Source: an uncultured Bacteriovoracaceae bacterium (GTDB taxonomy: Bacteria; Bdellovibrionota; UBA2428). Taken from it: 64,000 bases of DNA. The stretch lies in contig CAYZFQ010000003.1 in NCBI GenBank assembly GCA_964477895.1, forward strand, positions 122,243 through 186,242, given 5' to 3'. Below, one piece after another: positions 1 through 8,422 of this stretch. The notes under the pieces are model-generated. The model had not been told where the DNA came from, did not search any database, and saw only the letters and a list, made by a program, of their open reading frames with translations. How positions within the stretch are numbered: position 1 is the first letter of the stretch; the number at the start of each line of letters is the position of its first letter. The position numbers and the translations under genes are program-made.

Positions 1-408
1 ATCGGAGCGGCTATAGAGCGAGTCGATTCTATGAAAAGACACCTTATTCTCGTCAACGTAGACGCCGTCTTTGTAAACTGTAGCTAAGAGTTCAGAAACT
101 TCAATGCGATCTTGGACACCCTTTGATTGCGGAATACGCACGTAACGATCAAAAGATGAGTTCTTCCAATCGCGAACAACCACAATTTCCATCTGACGAT
201 ATTGAGCGAGCACCTTAGGAATAAGATCTTTTAGAGCGGGCCTGTCACTCACCGCGGCGACCTGCTCAAGAAAATCTGCATCGATCCTTGCCGCCAAATC
301 ATTTCCCCCATGCCCCCCAGTCCCGCTGGCTTCAACACCACGGCCAAGCAGGCCTAAGCCAAAGAGGCCTGCCAAAAAAACACTTTGTAAAAATCTGTTT
401 GCTTTCAT
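1..408 (-). CDS. Secreted hypothetical protein, partial (runs off window start)
   Basis: Minus-strand ATG at 406-408 opens an ORF (MKANRFLQSVFLAGLFGLGLLGRGVEA...) with a signal-peptide-like N-terminus. It continues to position 1. Its ATG overlaps the TGA of the upstream gene (ATGA), suggesting translational coupling. It is absent from the ORF track because it is truncated by the window edge. Confidence 0.45.
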   Translation of the reverse strand, partial: MKANRFLQSVFLAGLFGLGLLGRGVEASGTGGHGGNDLAARIDADFLEQVAAVSDRPALKDLIPKVLAQYRQMEIVVVRDWKNSSFDRYVRIPQSKGVQDRIEVSELLATVYKDGVYVDENKVSFHRIDSLYSRSD

Positions 409-1265
409 TTTTTAACTCCTGGCTTAGAAAACTTTTTCTGTAAGGGATAAAGAGAAATCTGAAGATTATAAACTCGGCCACGCTTCCCAGATTCTAAATA
501 TTTGCAAAGGACCTGCCGAAAATGGACGATCATTTTTTTGGCTTCTGGAATTTTTGAGGGATCGATATTCATCACCATAAAGCTCATATCTCGCTCATCT
601 ATAGAATCATTTTCTACGGATTCAATGGCTTTTTCTAAAAATTGCTTTTGGCCTTTTCGAAGGGCCGGAGAACTGAGGTGACGGTCGACCGTGTCGAGTT
701 GCTTGTGGGTTTTCAGCAGTTGACCCCGAGGTCCCTTTTTCAAAAGTCGCAAATCCAACATTCGATCTATGGCAAGCTTGGCGGTTATTGGTGAAATTCC
801 CAACTGAGAAGCGACCCACTTCGCATTGGATTTAAAGTCGTCTGAGAAAGTGAGCTCCAAAATAGCAGCATGAAACCACTCCGCGATGACCTGGTAGCTT
901 TCGTTATCCAACGGAGTGACAACTAAGTCCGAAGGACTTTGGATATAGAGATCGGCTAAGTCCGAAAAGCCCCGGGGGGGCCTGCGCCTAAGATTTCGCT
1001 GAGCCTGAGACTTGGCCAGCGACAACAAGAATTTTCGGCTTTGTTCGGGCCCTAATTCCAGCACTTGAATGCACTGGTGGGCGACTTTAAGAGAAGGCAC
1101 CTGTTTGCCCGAAAGAATTCGAGACAGCGCCGTAGGATCGAGCCTTAGCGCTCGGGCAAAGGCTCGGAGAGAATAGCTTGGGTTTTTTTGGCAGCGAAGA
1201 GAGAGAGCGTCTTTCAAGCACTGAAAGTAGAAAGGAGTTTTAGACTCCTTAGGAGAGCTCTTCAT
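405..1265 (-). CDS. TIGR02147/DUF4423-like helix-turn-helix protein (uncharacterised paralogous family)
   Basis: 286-aa ORF. The N-terminus (FYFQCLKDAL...KNPSYSLRAFARALRLDPTALSRILSGKQ) matches the conserved start of the TIGR02147 family, which has many paralogues in Bdellovibrio and Fibrobacter. Confidence 0.55.
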   Translation of the reverse strand: MKSSPKESKTPFYFQCLKDALSLRCQKNPSYSLRAFARALRLDPTALSRILSGKQVPSLKVAHQCIQVLELGPEQSRKFLLSLAKSQAQRNLRRRPPRGFSDLADLYIQSPSDLVVTPLDNESYQVIAEWFHAAILELTFSDDFKSNAKWVASQLGISPITAKLAIDRMLDLRLLKKGPRGQLLKTHKQLDTVDRHLSSPALRKGQKQFLEKAIESVENDSIDERDMSFMVMNIDPSKIPEAKKMIVHFRQVLCKYLESGKRGRVYNLQISLYPLQKKFSKPGVKK

Positions 1266-1400
1266 AAGTAAAGCTCTAATGAGAAGTTTTGTGTGGAGGC
1301 AAGATTATTTTCTACATAGTGTAGAAAAGTATAAATCTACACTAAGGAGTCCTGGGGGACTCTCTATTGCACCCCAAACACCAACTGCTAAGATAAAGCC

Positions 1401-2243
1401 ATGAAAATTACCAGAACCCTCCTCCTCGGTCTTTTTACTTCGGCCCTGGCTTCAGCCAGCACCCTTAAAATCGAGCCCTTTCAAGCCATTGGTTTCGATA
1501 AAGAAAGATCTCAAGTTGCCCAAGAATTGGTCAAAGGAGAAATTGAGGCTCAGTCAGATTACAAAATTGTTGAGGCTAAAGATCCGGCCGATATCACCTT
1601 AAAGGGTATGATCACAAAACTCGAGAACGTGCTGCTACTGAAGGTGAGTTTCCAAGGAGCCATTCAGAGAAGTCGCCAGGTGCGCCTATCGAGCTTTGAT
1701 GAAATGGATACCGCGGCAAAGCGAGTGGTGCATGCCCTTCTTAAAGATATCAAATTAGAAGACACCGCTACTGAAGGCTTTGCCCTCAATCAGGACGAGA
1801 AATCCCGAAGTCGGGTGAAGTCTATTAAAGGTTGGCAATTGGGAATTGGCGTGGCCAACAGCAACAATACCCGTGCCGCAGGCGAGAACTCACTCTGGGC
1901 CTTTAACTTAGGCTATGCCTGGGATCTTAAGGATGTTTTTCTAGAAATTCGCTACGATATCGCCAATAGCTTTGAGTCGGCAGGCGACTCTACCGGGTCC
2001 TTCACACTAGGGGCTCAGTATCTGTTTAAGAATTTTCAGACCACCTCTCTTTTTGCAGGCGGGGAATTTGGATTTGGCGGTATCACAGATAGTAGCTTTG
2101 TTTTTGCCGGAGATGTGGGCGCTATTTTCTTACGTCATGCCGACATCAATTTAGAAACTCGATTTAGATTGGCCGCCTTTGCGCGCAAACAAGAAGGCAA
2201 GCAAAGCATGGTGGGTACGGCTTTAGTGGGGCTGCATTTTTAG
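1401..2243 (+). CDS. Outer-membrane beta-barrel-like hypothetical protein
   Basis: Signal peptide (MKITRTLLLGLFTSALASAS). Alternating-residue C-terminal region ending ...LVGLHF, with a terminal aromatic typical of OM barrels. Confidence 0.55.
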   Translation: MKITRTLLLGLFTSALASASTLKIEPFQAIGFDKERSQVAQELVKGEIEAQSDYKIVEAKDPADITLKGMITKLENVLLLKVSFQGAIQRSRQVRLSSFDEMDTAAKRVVHALLKDIKLEDTATEGFALNQDEKSRSRVKSIKGWQLGIGVANSNNTRAAGENSLWAFNLGYAWDLKDVFLEIRYDIANSFESAGDSTGSFTLGAQYLFKNFQTTSLFAGGEFGFGGITDSSFVFAGDVGAIFLRHADINLETRFRLAAFARKQEGKQSMVGTALVGLHF

Positions 2244-2258
2244 GGTTGGGGTTGAGAC

Positions 2259-2528
2259 CTAATCGTAGACTTCGCGTCGGTGACCTATTTTGATAATAGC
2301 AACTTTAAGTACCTGCTTTTCTAAATTGTAAATAATTCGGTAGTCTTGGATGCGAATTCGGTAGAGATCGTCGGCTCCCTTCAGTTTTTTCACCTGTAGA
2401 AGCTCTGTGTAGGGATTTAGTGAAAGTAGATTGACCGCATCTAAAATTTTTTGCTGAACCTTTTGCGGCAGTGCCAGAAGTTCTTTGACGGCGCTTTTTT
2501 TAAATACAACTTGATAAGGCTTTGACAT
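2259..2528 (-). CDS. Type II toxin, RelE/ParE family
   Basis: 89 aa. Sequence pattern (YQVVFKKSAVKEL...YRIRIQDYRIIY) is typical of RelE/ParE. Its start overlaps the stop of the upstream antitoxin gene in an ATGA junction. Confidence 0.7.
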   Translation of the reverse strand: MSKPYQVVFKKSAVKELLALPQKVQQKILDAVNLLSLNPYTELLQVKKLKGADDLYRIRIQDYRIIYNLEKQVLKVAIIKIGHRREVYD

Positions 2529-2758
2529 TATTTAAGCAGCTTTTTTCGCACGGAACTTAAGCTAACTTCGTCTTCATTCTTTCGCTCCAAATAGGCCGCC
2601 AGGTCGATTTCGTCTTCTAGGCGTTCTCGAATGGCGCTCTCAACGACCCCTTGAATTTTAAGGCCACGTTGTTTGCAGTAGCCTGCAAGCGCTTTTTTCA
2701 ATTCGGCATCGATACTGGTGGATAACGTGGAAAGCTTTGCCATTCCTTTATTATCCAT
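2528..2758 (-). CDS. Type II antitoxin (ribbon-helix-helix-like)
   Basis: 76-aa acidic protein immediately upstream of the RelE/ParE toxin and overlapping it by 1 nt. Classic antitoxin-toxin gene order. Confidence 0.6.
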   Translation of the reverse strand: MDNKGMAKLSTLSTSIDAELKKALAGYCKQRGLKIQGVVESAIRERLEDEIDLAAYLERKNEDEVSLSSVRKKLLK

Positions 2759-2807
2759 GGAAAACCTTGGAAAAACAAGGAATATATTAAGTCAATAAAT
2801 TGGTTCT

Positions 2808-4076
2808 TCAAAGCAACTTATCTAAGCGAGGATCAAAGATAATCCTCGGTTCAACAGCCTCGTCCCTTTCCTTTGGATCTCCACCCTCATCTCTCATGAC
2901 CACTGTGGCCAAAGGAACTTCGTCCTCCTCCAGCGCATATTTCAACTGATAAATAGCAGAGAAGCGCGGGTCATTGCGGCGTTTATCATAGCGACTGATC
3001 ATCAAAGGCGAAGTCCATCCAGCCATTTGCTGAATACCTCGGTGAGTAGCTCCTTGATCCAGGGCGTGAGTGATGGCCGTGGCGCGGAGCATGTGAGGAC
3101 TTACTCTATTAATAAGCCCGGCGCGCCTACAAATTTTTCTTACAATACGTGCAAGCTCCGATGAAGAAAGGCTTTGGTCAAAAGTTTTGGACCGAGAGGA
3201 AATAAGCAAGGGCTGGCGGAAGTGCCGCTTCTTCCAATCCACCCACCCTGCGGGATTCTCGGCAAAACTCTGCCGAGGGGCCTCGTCGTTAATTCGCTGC
3301 CACCACAAGGCCCAAGTTTTTTGCAGGCGCACGGGAATAGGTAACCTGCGCTCTCTATCCCCCTTTCCTTGGACGCGTACAAGCCAGCGCCCTTCTAGAT
3401 ATTCCAAGTGTTCGGCGCGAATTTGGCAGGCCTCCGACCTCCGTAGCCCCAGCATTAAAAGACTCTCGACCGCGAGTTTCGAGAGGGCATGACCCAGTCG
3501 GGTGGCATCTAAACTTTTGAGCGAAGCCAAAAGCTGATTAACTTCCTCGTCCGACAAAAATCCCGTCTTTGAATCCTGGGTTTGGGGAAAGGTTTTTACC
3601 AGCTCAGCCGGGTTTCGATTGATGTAGCCCTGAGCCAGCGTCCATTTAAAAAATGATTTAAGGACCGCAATCTTTCGAGTCACGGATGATTTTGAAAGCC
3701 CCTTAGAATGCAGCAAATACTCCCGGTATTGGGCCACCACCGCCGGCCCTACCCGTTGAGACCAATTTTCCCAAAGGTCCTGGACTCGCAAATAGGCGAA
3801 GAAATCTTGGAGATCGCGGCGGTAGGCTCGTTGCGTGTGGATACTCAGTTGAATCGTTGAAAAGTCTTGGATTGCGTTTATTGGGCTGGGACTGGGTGGG
3901 AGAGCTTCGGGCAGATAAACAATTTGAGGACTTTCAAGGTCCGCAGAATCCCCCTCATTTAAGCGCCTTTTAGCCCCCCTTTTTGAGGGGTCCTTGGCCT
4001 TCCTTGGGCCGCGCTTTTTGGAAAAGAGCTTTTTAAAGCCGTTTTTAAGCCTCCCAAAAACCGATTTGATGCCCAT
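2808..4076 (-). CDS. Tyrosine site-specific recombinase/integrase (XerC/D-phage integrase family)
   Basis: C-terminal catalytic region with LRRSEA...R box, HMLRATAITHAL and ...SRYDKRR (the Tyr nucleophile context). Long lysine-rich N-terminal extension. Confidence 0.8.
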   Translation of the reverse strand: MGIKSVFGRLKNGFKKLFSKKRGPRKAKDPSKRGAKRRLNEGDSADLESPQIVYLPEALPPSPSPINAIQDFSTIQLSIHTQRAYRRDLQDFFAYLRVQDLWENWSQRVGPAVVAQYREYLLHSKGLSKSSVTRKIAVLKSFFKWTLAQGYINRNPAELVKTFPQTQDSKTGFLSDEEVNQLLASLKSLDATRLGHALSKLAVESLLMLGLRRSEACQIRAEHLEYLEGRWLVRVQGKGDRERRLPIPVRLQKTWALWWQRINDEAPRQSFAENPAGWVDWKKRHFRQPLLISSRSKTFDQSLSSSELARIVRKICRRAGLINRVSPHMLRATAITHALDQGATHRGIQQMAGWTSPLMISRYDKRRNDPRFSAIYQLKYALEEDEVPLATVVMRDEGGDPKERDEAVEPRIIFDPRLDKLL

Positions 4077-4257
4077 TTCTATTATTCTAGTTCATATTTT
4101 AAAAAACACAATATATCAGCTACTTATAATAAGCGATAATTTAACTTATCGCGCTATAACTGTCGAAATCGAGTGCAGTAGAGGCCTACTTTGCCCTCGC
4201 TTCGCAAGTCTCAAACTCGTAAAATAGGGAAGTCCAAAATTTAAGCTAGGAGTATTT

Positions 4258-4683
4258 ATGCGCAGTTCAAAACTTTTAAATCAGCTCAAGAACCAAGGTC
4301 TCAAAACTCTCTCAATTCTTGTTTTGGGCGGGCAAACGGTAGGGGCCATGGCATTTACACTCCCCCTAAAAGTAGACAGCGAAAGCTCCGCTGAAATTTG
4401 CCAGATGATGGCAAAATCCTCGGTCGATACAGGTATTATTGAAGAAGTGGGCTTTCCTCGAAAAACTGAGGGTCGGCTTATGAGCTATCCCCTTAAGGCG
4501 AAGTATTCAAAACTTCAGTTCCAACAAAACTTTTTTTGTTATCGCAAAATTGCGGAAAGCGGCAGAGGCCGAATGAGCATTCTATCTGCCTCGGAGCAGA
4601 GCCCTGATTGCTTCTGCAAGGGAAACTTAGAGGTGGAGAGCTTTCAAGAGCGCCGGGATATTATCGAGAACGCCGAAGGTTAG
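4258..4683 (+). CDS. Hypothetical secreted protein
   Basis: AGGAG Shine-Dalgarno sequence 7 nt upstream of the ATG. Hydrophobic N-terminal segment. No recognisable domain. Confidence 0.5.
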   Translation: MRSSKLLNQLKNQGLKTLSILVLGGQTVGAMAFTLPLKVDSESSAEICQMMAKSSVDTGIIEEVGFPRKTEGRLMSYPLKAKYSKLQFQQNFFCYRKIAESGRGRMSILSASEQSPDCFCKGNLEVESFQERRDIIENAEG

Positions 4684-4694
4684 AACTGCGAGCC

Positions 4695-4901
4695 TTAAGA
4701 ATCTTCGGCCTCTTCCTCTAAAATTCGGCAAGCCGCCTGAAGGTCTTCTTTTGCAACCTTTAAATCCACTCCCTGCTGAAAGAAAAAACTCATACCACCG
4801 AGGTCATCCGCACTAATATAAGACTCAATTCTCTCCGACTGGAGCTTAGATTTCGCAAGCTCGGCCTCTAAGCGAGAGGCAAAGGACTTCACGGTGTACA
4901 T
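4695..4901 (-). CDS. DUF2007-like small protein (putative signal-transducing protein)
   Basis: 68 aa. Pattern (SFASRLEAELAKSKLQSERIESYI...VDLKVAKEDLQAACRIL) fits the DUF2007 family. Sits 3 nt upstream of rmuC. Confidence 0.45.
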   Translation of the reverse strand: MYTVKSFASRLEAELAKSKLQSERIESYISADDLGGMSFFFQQGVDLKVAKEDLQAACRILEEEAEDS

Positions 4902-4904
4902 GCC

Positions 4905-6236
4905 CTACTCCAACAAATCCGGACGAATCTGGCTTTTAGGCGAAGCCCCTAAAAGTTTTAAGTTATCGAGCTTTCTAAAGACATTTCCTTTGCCCTCGCG
5001 CAACTTCATTCGCGCCCCTTCAAAGGCGGCCTTGCCGCTATCAAAGTAGCGCCCGATTTTTTCAAAATCCTCATAGAAGCCGATGAATTTGTCGTAAAGA
5101 CCCGCGGCTTCGCGGGCTATTTCTTCGGCGTTTTTATTACGATTCTCTACCTTCCAAATAGAGGCCACAGTTTTCAGACTCGTAAAGAGAGTGGTGGAAG
5201 TGACGATAGCAATCTTTGCATTCCAGGCCCGCTGACTGAGTTCCGGGTCTTCTTGCATGGCAAGAAGATAAGCCGGCTCAATGGGAATAAATAAAAAGAC
5301 AAACTCCGGGGAATTTACTCCTGCCAATTGGTGATAGTTCTTCGCGCTGAGCTGCGCCACGTGGGAGCGAACAGAATCGATGTGGGCCTTAAGCGCTTGC
5401 TTGCGAAGTTTTTCGTCGGTGCAAGAACAATAGGTTTCGTAGGCTTTAAGCGAAACCTTGGAATCCACAATCACCTGCTTGTTTTCCGGCAGACGGATAA
5501 TCACATCAGGCCTCAGGCGATCGCCTTCCTCATTGGCCATATGACTTTGGGTCTCATAGTCGTGTCCCTTGCGCAAGCCTGAGGCTTCGAGAATCCGAGA
5601 CAAAATCATTTCACCCCAGTCTCCCTGAACTTTGGAATCCCCCTTGAGAGCTTGGGTGAGGCTGTTGGCTTCCTTGGAAAGGCGGTCATTTAAAGTCACG
5701 AGTTTCTCAATTTCGGATTTTAAAGCGAATTTTTCTTTACCCTCGTTGTTAAACTTGTCTTCCACTGATTTTTCAAAAATCGTAATTTTCTCGCGCAAAG
5801 GCTTTAAAATGTTTTCCAAGTTCTTTTCGCTACGTTCCGAAAAATTCTTGGAATTGTCTTCCAAAATTTTATTTGCAACGATCTGAAACTCAGACTTACT
5901 TTGCCGCATCAATTCATCGAACTGAAGCTTCTGCGCCCTAAGCTGCTCTTCGAGGTTTTTCTTTTCGGCTTCAAAAACTGCATTGGACGATTTAACCTGG
6001 AAGAGAGCTTCTGTGCACTCTCGGAGCTCTGCCTGGATCCGTAACAGCTCACCCTGAAACCTCTCCTTCTCAGCGCTCAGCATTTGGACCCGTTCGGCTA
6101 GACCGGCCGAAGTTTTTACAATTTCGCCGTGCGTCTCAAGGGACACCGAGACTTCTTTACGACCAAAGGCCTTGAGCAACAGAAAAATCAGCAGAGCTCC
6201 GGCTAGGAACGAAGCAAGTATGTGTAGTGGGTCCAA
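4905..6236 (-). CDS. rmuC: DNA recombination protein RmuC
   Basis: N-terminal TM helix, long coiled-coil, and a conserved C-terminal RmuC nuclease-like region (GDWGE...VDSKVSL...FVFLFIP). Confidence 0.85.
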   Translation of the reverse strand: MDPLHILASFLAGALLIFLLLKAFGRKEVSVSLETHGEIVKTSAGLAERVQMLSAEKERFQGELLRIQAELRECTEALFQVKSSNAVFEAEKKNLEEQLRAQKLQFDELMRQSKSEFQIVANKILEDNSKNFSERSEKNLENILKPLREKITIFEKSVEDKFNNEGKEKFALKSEIEKLVTLNDRLSKEANSLTQALKGDSKVQGDWGEMILSRILEASGLRKGHDYETQSHMANEEGDRLRPDVIIRLPENKQVIVDSKVSLKAYETYCSCTDEKLRKQALKAHIDSVRSHVAQLSAKNYHQLAGVNSPEFVFLFIPIEPAYLLAMQEDPELSQRAWNAKIAIVTSTTLFTSLKTVASIWKVENRNKNAEEIAREAAGLYDKFIGFYEDFEKIGRYFDSGKAAFEGARMKLREGKGNVFRKLDNLKLLGASPKSQIRPDLLE

Positions 6237-6431
6237 GAATCCTCCAGATCGGTCTTAACAAGGATGAAATATTTTTCATCCTTGGGGGCTTTTATTCCTC
6301 TAAACCAAATAGGGAATAAAATTTCATTTATATTATTTAGGGCCCTTTCCCCACGCCCCAATACTCCTTATGCTAGCTCATGTTGAATAGTACATTCCAT
6401 AGTGGGGTGGACTTTAAAGGAGATAAATAAC

Positions 6432-6617
6432 ATGAAAAAACTTTTTGGAATCTTTGCAGTAATGGCGCTTTCGACTTCTGTTGCTTTCGCTAACAACCAC
6501 GAAGGCAAAAAAGAAGGCCATCCTGAGAAGAAGCACAGCAAGAAAGAAAAGACTGAAAAGCATCCTGATGGAAGCACTGAAAAAACCACAACTGAGACTA
6601 CTACTGAGAAAAAGTAA
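6432..6617 (+). CDS. Small secreted His/Lys/Glu/Thr-rich peptide (61-aa precursor)
   Basis: Strong SD sequence (AAGGAG) 10 nt before ATG 6432. Signal peptide MKKLFGIFAVMALSTSVAFA. Low-complexity mature part (NNHEGKKEGHPEKKHSKKEKTEKHPDGSTEKTTTETTTEKK). The ORF track started this ORF earlier, at 6402. Confidence 0.55.
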   Translation: MKKLFGIFAVMALSTSVAFANNHEGKKEGHPEKKHSKKEKTEKHPDGSTEKTTTETTTEKK

Positions 6618-6659
6618 GGCGTCACTGAGGACAAAGAGCCCAAAAGGCTTTTAGTGCTG

Positions 6660-6712
6660 ATCCGAGCCCCTCCCCGGAGCCTCTCGGCTCCAAGTGGCTC
6701 GGATTTTTTTTA
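6660..6712 (+). terminator. Rho-independent terminator (nested GC hairpin + T8)
   Basis: ATCCGAGCC (6660-6668) pairs with GGCTCGGAT (6696-6704), with an inner GGAGCC/GGCTCC stem, followed by TTTTTTTT. Lies between the convergent small peptide gene and pepA. Confidence 0.5.
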
Positions 6713-6736
6713 TCTCTACACGCTAAGGCTAAGGCC

Positions 6737-8317
6737 CTAAGTCAGTCCCTCAATAAGAGCAAGCCCTGCTCGCACTCCAAAGCCTTGCTCATCCGTTCCC
6801 ACCAATCCTAAACCTCCAGGATGCACATGAGGCGAAAGATCAATATGCAACCACGGAGTCTCAGCACCAATAAAATGCGAGAGAAAAGTGGCGGCATAAC
6901 TCATGTCGGCCCCGGGGCCTGGGGCAATCTGCCGAGTGTCGGCCACTTCACTTTTTAGGCCCTTCCAAAAATCACCTCCACTGGGCAAAGACAGAAGTCT
7001 TTCGCCGCTGTTCTCAGCGAGGTCCATGGCTTTTTGAGAAAATTTCAAGGTGTGAGAAAAAACTCCGGCACGTTTTTTATCCGTTGCACGCAAACAAGAT
7101 CCCGTAAGAGTAGCAAAGTCGATGCATAGATCAGGGGCTTCTCGTCGTGCCAAGGCCAGGGTGTCGGCTAATACCATCCGCCCTTCGGCATCGGTATTAT
7201 TCACTTCAATGGTGGTCCCATCCAGTGCGGTCACCACGTCGTTAGGACGAAAGGCCGTGGGGGAAATAAGATTTTCAGCGATGGCCATATAGCCATGGAC
7301 CTCAATCGGAAGTTTTAACTGCGCCATCAGTCCCATCAGCGCTAGCACCACGGCAGACCCCGTCATGTCTTTGTGCATGCCTTCCATGTAATCGCCCGTT
7401 TTAATGTTGTAGCCGCCCGTATCAAAGCACAGCCCCTTGCCGACCAATGCAATTTTCTTCTTAGCCCGGGGCGCCTTATACACAAGGTGCGCAATTCCTG
7501 CGTCGTGGTTTTCCTCAGAGCGTGCCACCGCTAAAAAAGAACCAGCTCCCAAGGCTTTTAACTTTTTTTGGTCAATAAACTCAAATTTAAGCTTATTGTC
7601 TTTGCTAAATTTTTCGATCTCTTTGCGATAGCTAGAGGGGTTTAGGTAATTCCCCGGAGTCTCCGCTAAAGTGCGAACGAGGTTCGTCCCCTGGGCGACT
7701 TGCAGAAATTTCTCAAAAATCACCTTTAATTTTGAGGAAGAAATTTTTGCACAGATTTCAATCTTAGTGCTTGATGAATCTTTATCTGCTTTTTCTTTGT
7801 TTGATGCTTTCGTGCGAAGTCCGTATTCTGGCCCCTTCCACTCTACTAGTTCAAAGAGGGAAGCCATACCTTCAAAGGCTTTTTCACCCATCGCGCCCTC
7901 TAAAGCGCAGAGCACCAACTGAGGCTTTGTTTTAAAGGCTAAGCGTAGAGCTTCAAAGAGTTCGTGAGTCGAGATTTTCCCATTTACCAGTAATAGGTTC
8001 ACGGCCCCACCCTCGGTAAAGGGCAAATTCACCGAGGAATACTGAGACGCGGGACCAAAAGCCTTAGCGGGCTGAGGCTTAAGTTTTGATTCCAGGCCCA
8101 CGCCAAAAACGCCAAAGGCCTTGTGCGATTTCAAATCCTTGACCTTTTCCTTAGGCCATACGACAAGACTCACTTTTTTAGAATCGAAAGATTTGAACGC
8201 GGAAAAAGGTTCAAAAGAGTACGTTTTTTCAAAGAATTTCAATGTAGCTGCCATAGACTCCAGCACAGTCGATGCACCGCCACGCTTCAAGCGAATCGAG
8301 CCTTTATATGAATTCAA
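6737..8317 (-). CDS. pepA: Leucyl aminopeptidase, M17 family
   Basis: M17 signatures (NTDAEGRMVLADTLA, GKGLCFDTGGYNIKTG). The true start may be the internal Met at 8254 (MAATLKFF...). Confidence 0.85.
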   Translation of the reverse strand: MNSYKGSIRLKRGGASTVLESMAATLKFFEKTYSFEPFSAFKSFDSKKVSLVVWPKEKVKDLKSHKAFGVFGVGLESKLKPQPAKAFGPASQYSSVNLPFTEGGAVNLLLVNGKISTHELFEALRLAFKTKPQLVLCALEGAMGEKAFEGMASLFELVEWKGPEYGLRTKASNKEKADKDSSSTKIEICAKISSSKLKVIFEKFLQVAQGTNLVRTLAETPGNYLNPSSYRKEIEKFSKDNKLKFEFIDQKKLKALGAGSFLAVARSEENHDAGIAHLVYKAPRAKKKIALVGKGLCFDTGGYNIKTGDYMEGMHKDMTGSAVVLALMGLMAQLKLPIEVHGYMAIAENLISPTAFRPNDVVTALDGTTIEVNNTDAEGRMVLADTLALARREAPDLCIDFATLTGSCLRATDKKRAGVFSHTLKFSQKAMDLAENSGERLLSLPSGGDFWKGLKSEVADTRQIAPGPGADMSYAATFLSHFIGAETPWLHIDLSPHVHPGGLGLVGTDEQGFGVRAGLALIEGLT

Positions 8318-8387
8318 TTAGACACGTTGCAGAAAGGCTTTAACTGAATCACATCGTTATAACTCTAACATCAATGGCGATGGGGGG

Positions 8388-8410
8388 AACTGTGCGCCGG
8401 GAAGTGGATC
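8388..8410. repeat. IS left terminal inverted repeat
   Basis: Reverse complement of 9625-9647 (21/21 perfect core, 22/23 overall). Confidence 0.7.
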
Positions 8411-8422
8411 ATGGAGAGGCAT

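Noticed and set aside
2259-4076. Calling the TA + integrase block a genomic island
   Set aside because: No flanking tRNA, direct repeats or compositional shift are visible within the window. It is kept only as a lower-confidence finding.
8121-8321. Two overlapping plus-strand ORFs (62-66 aa) at the pepA 5' end
   Set aside because: They are antisense to the conserved M17 aminopeptidase N-terminal region. There are no expression signals.
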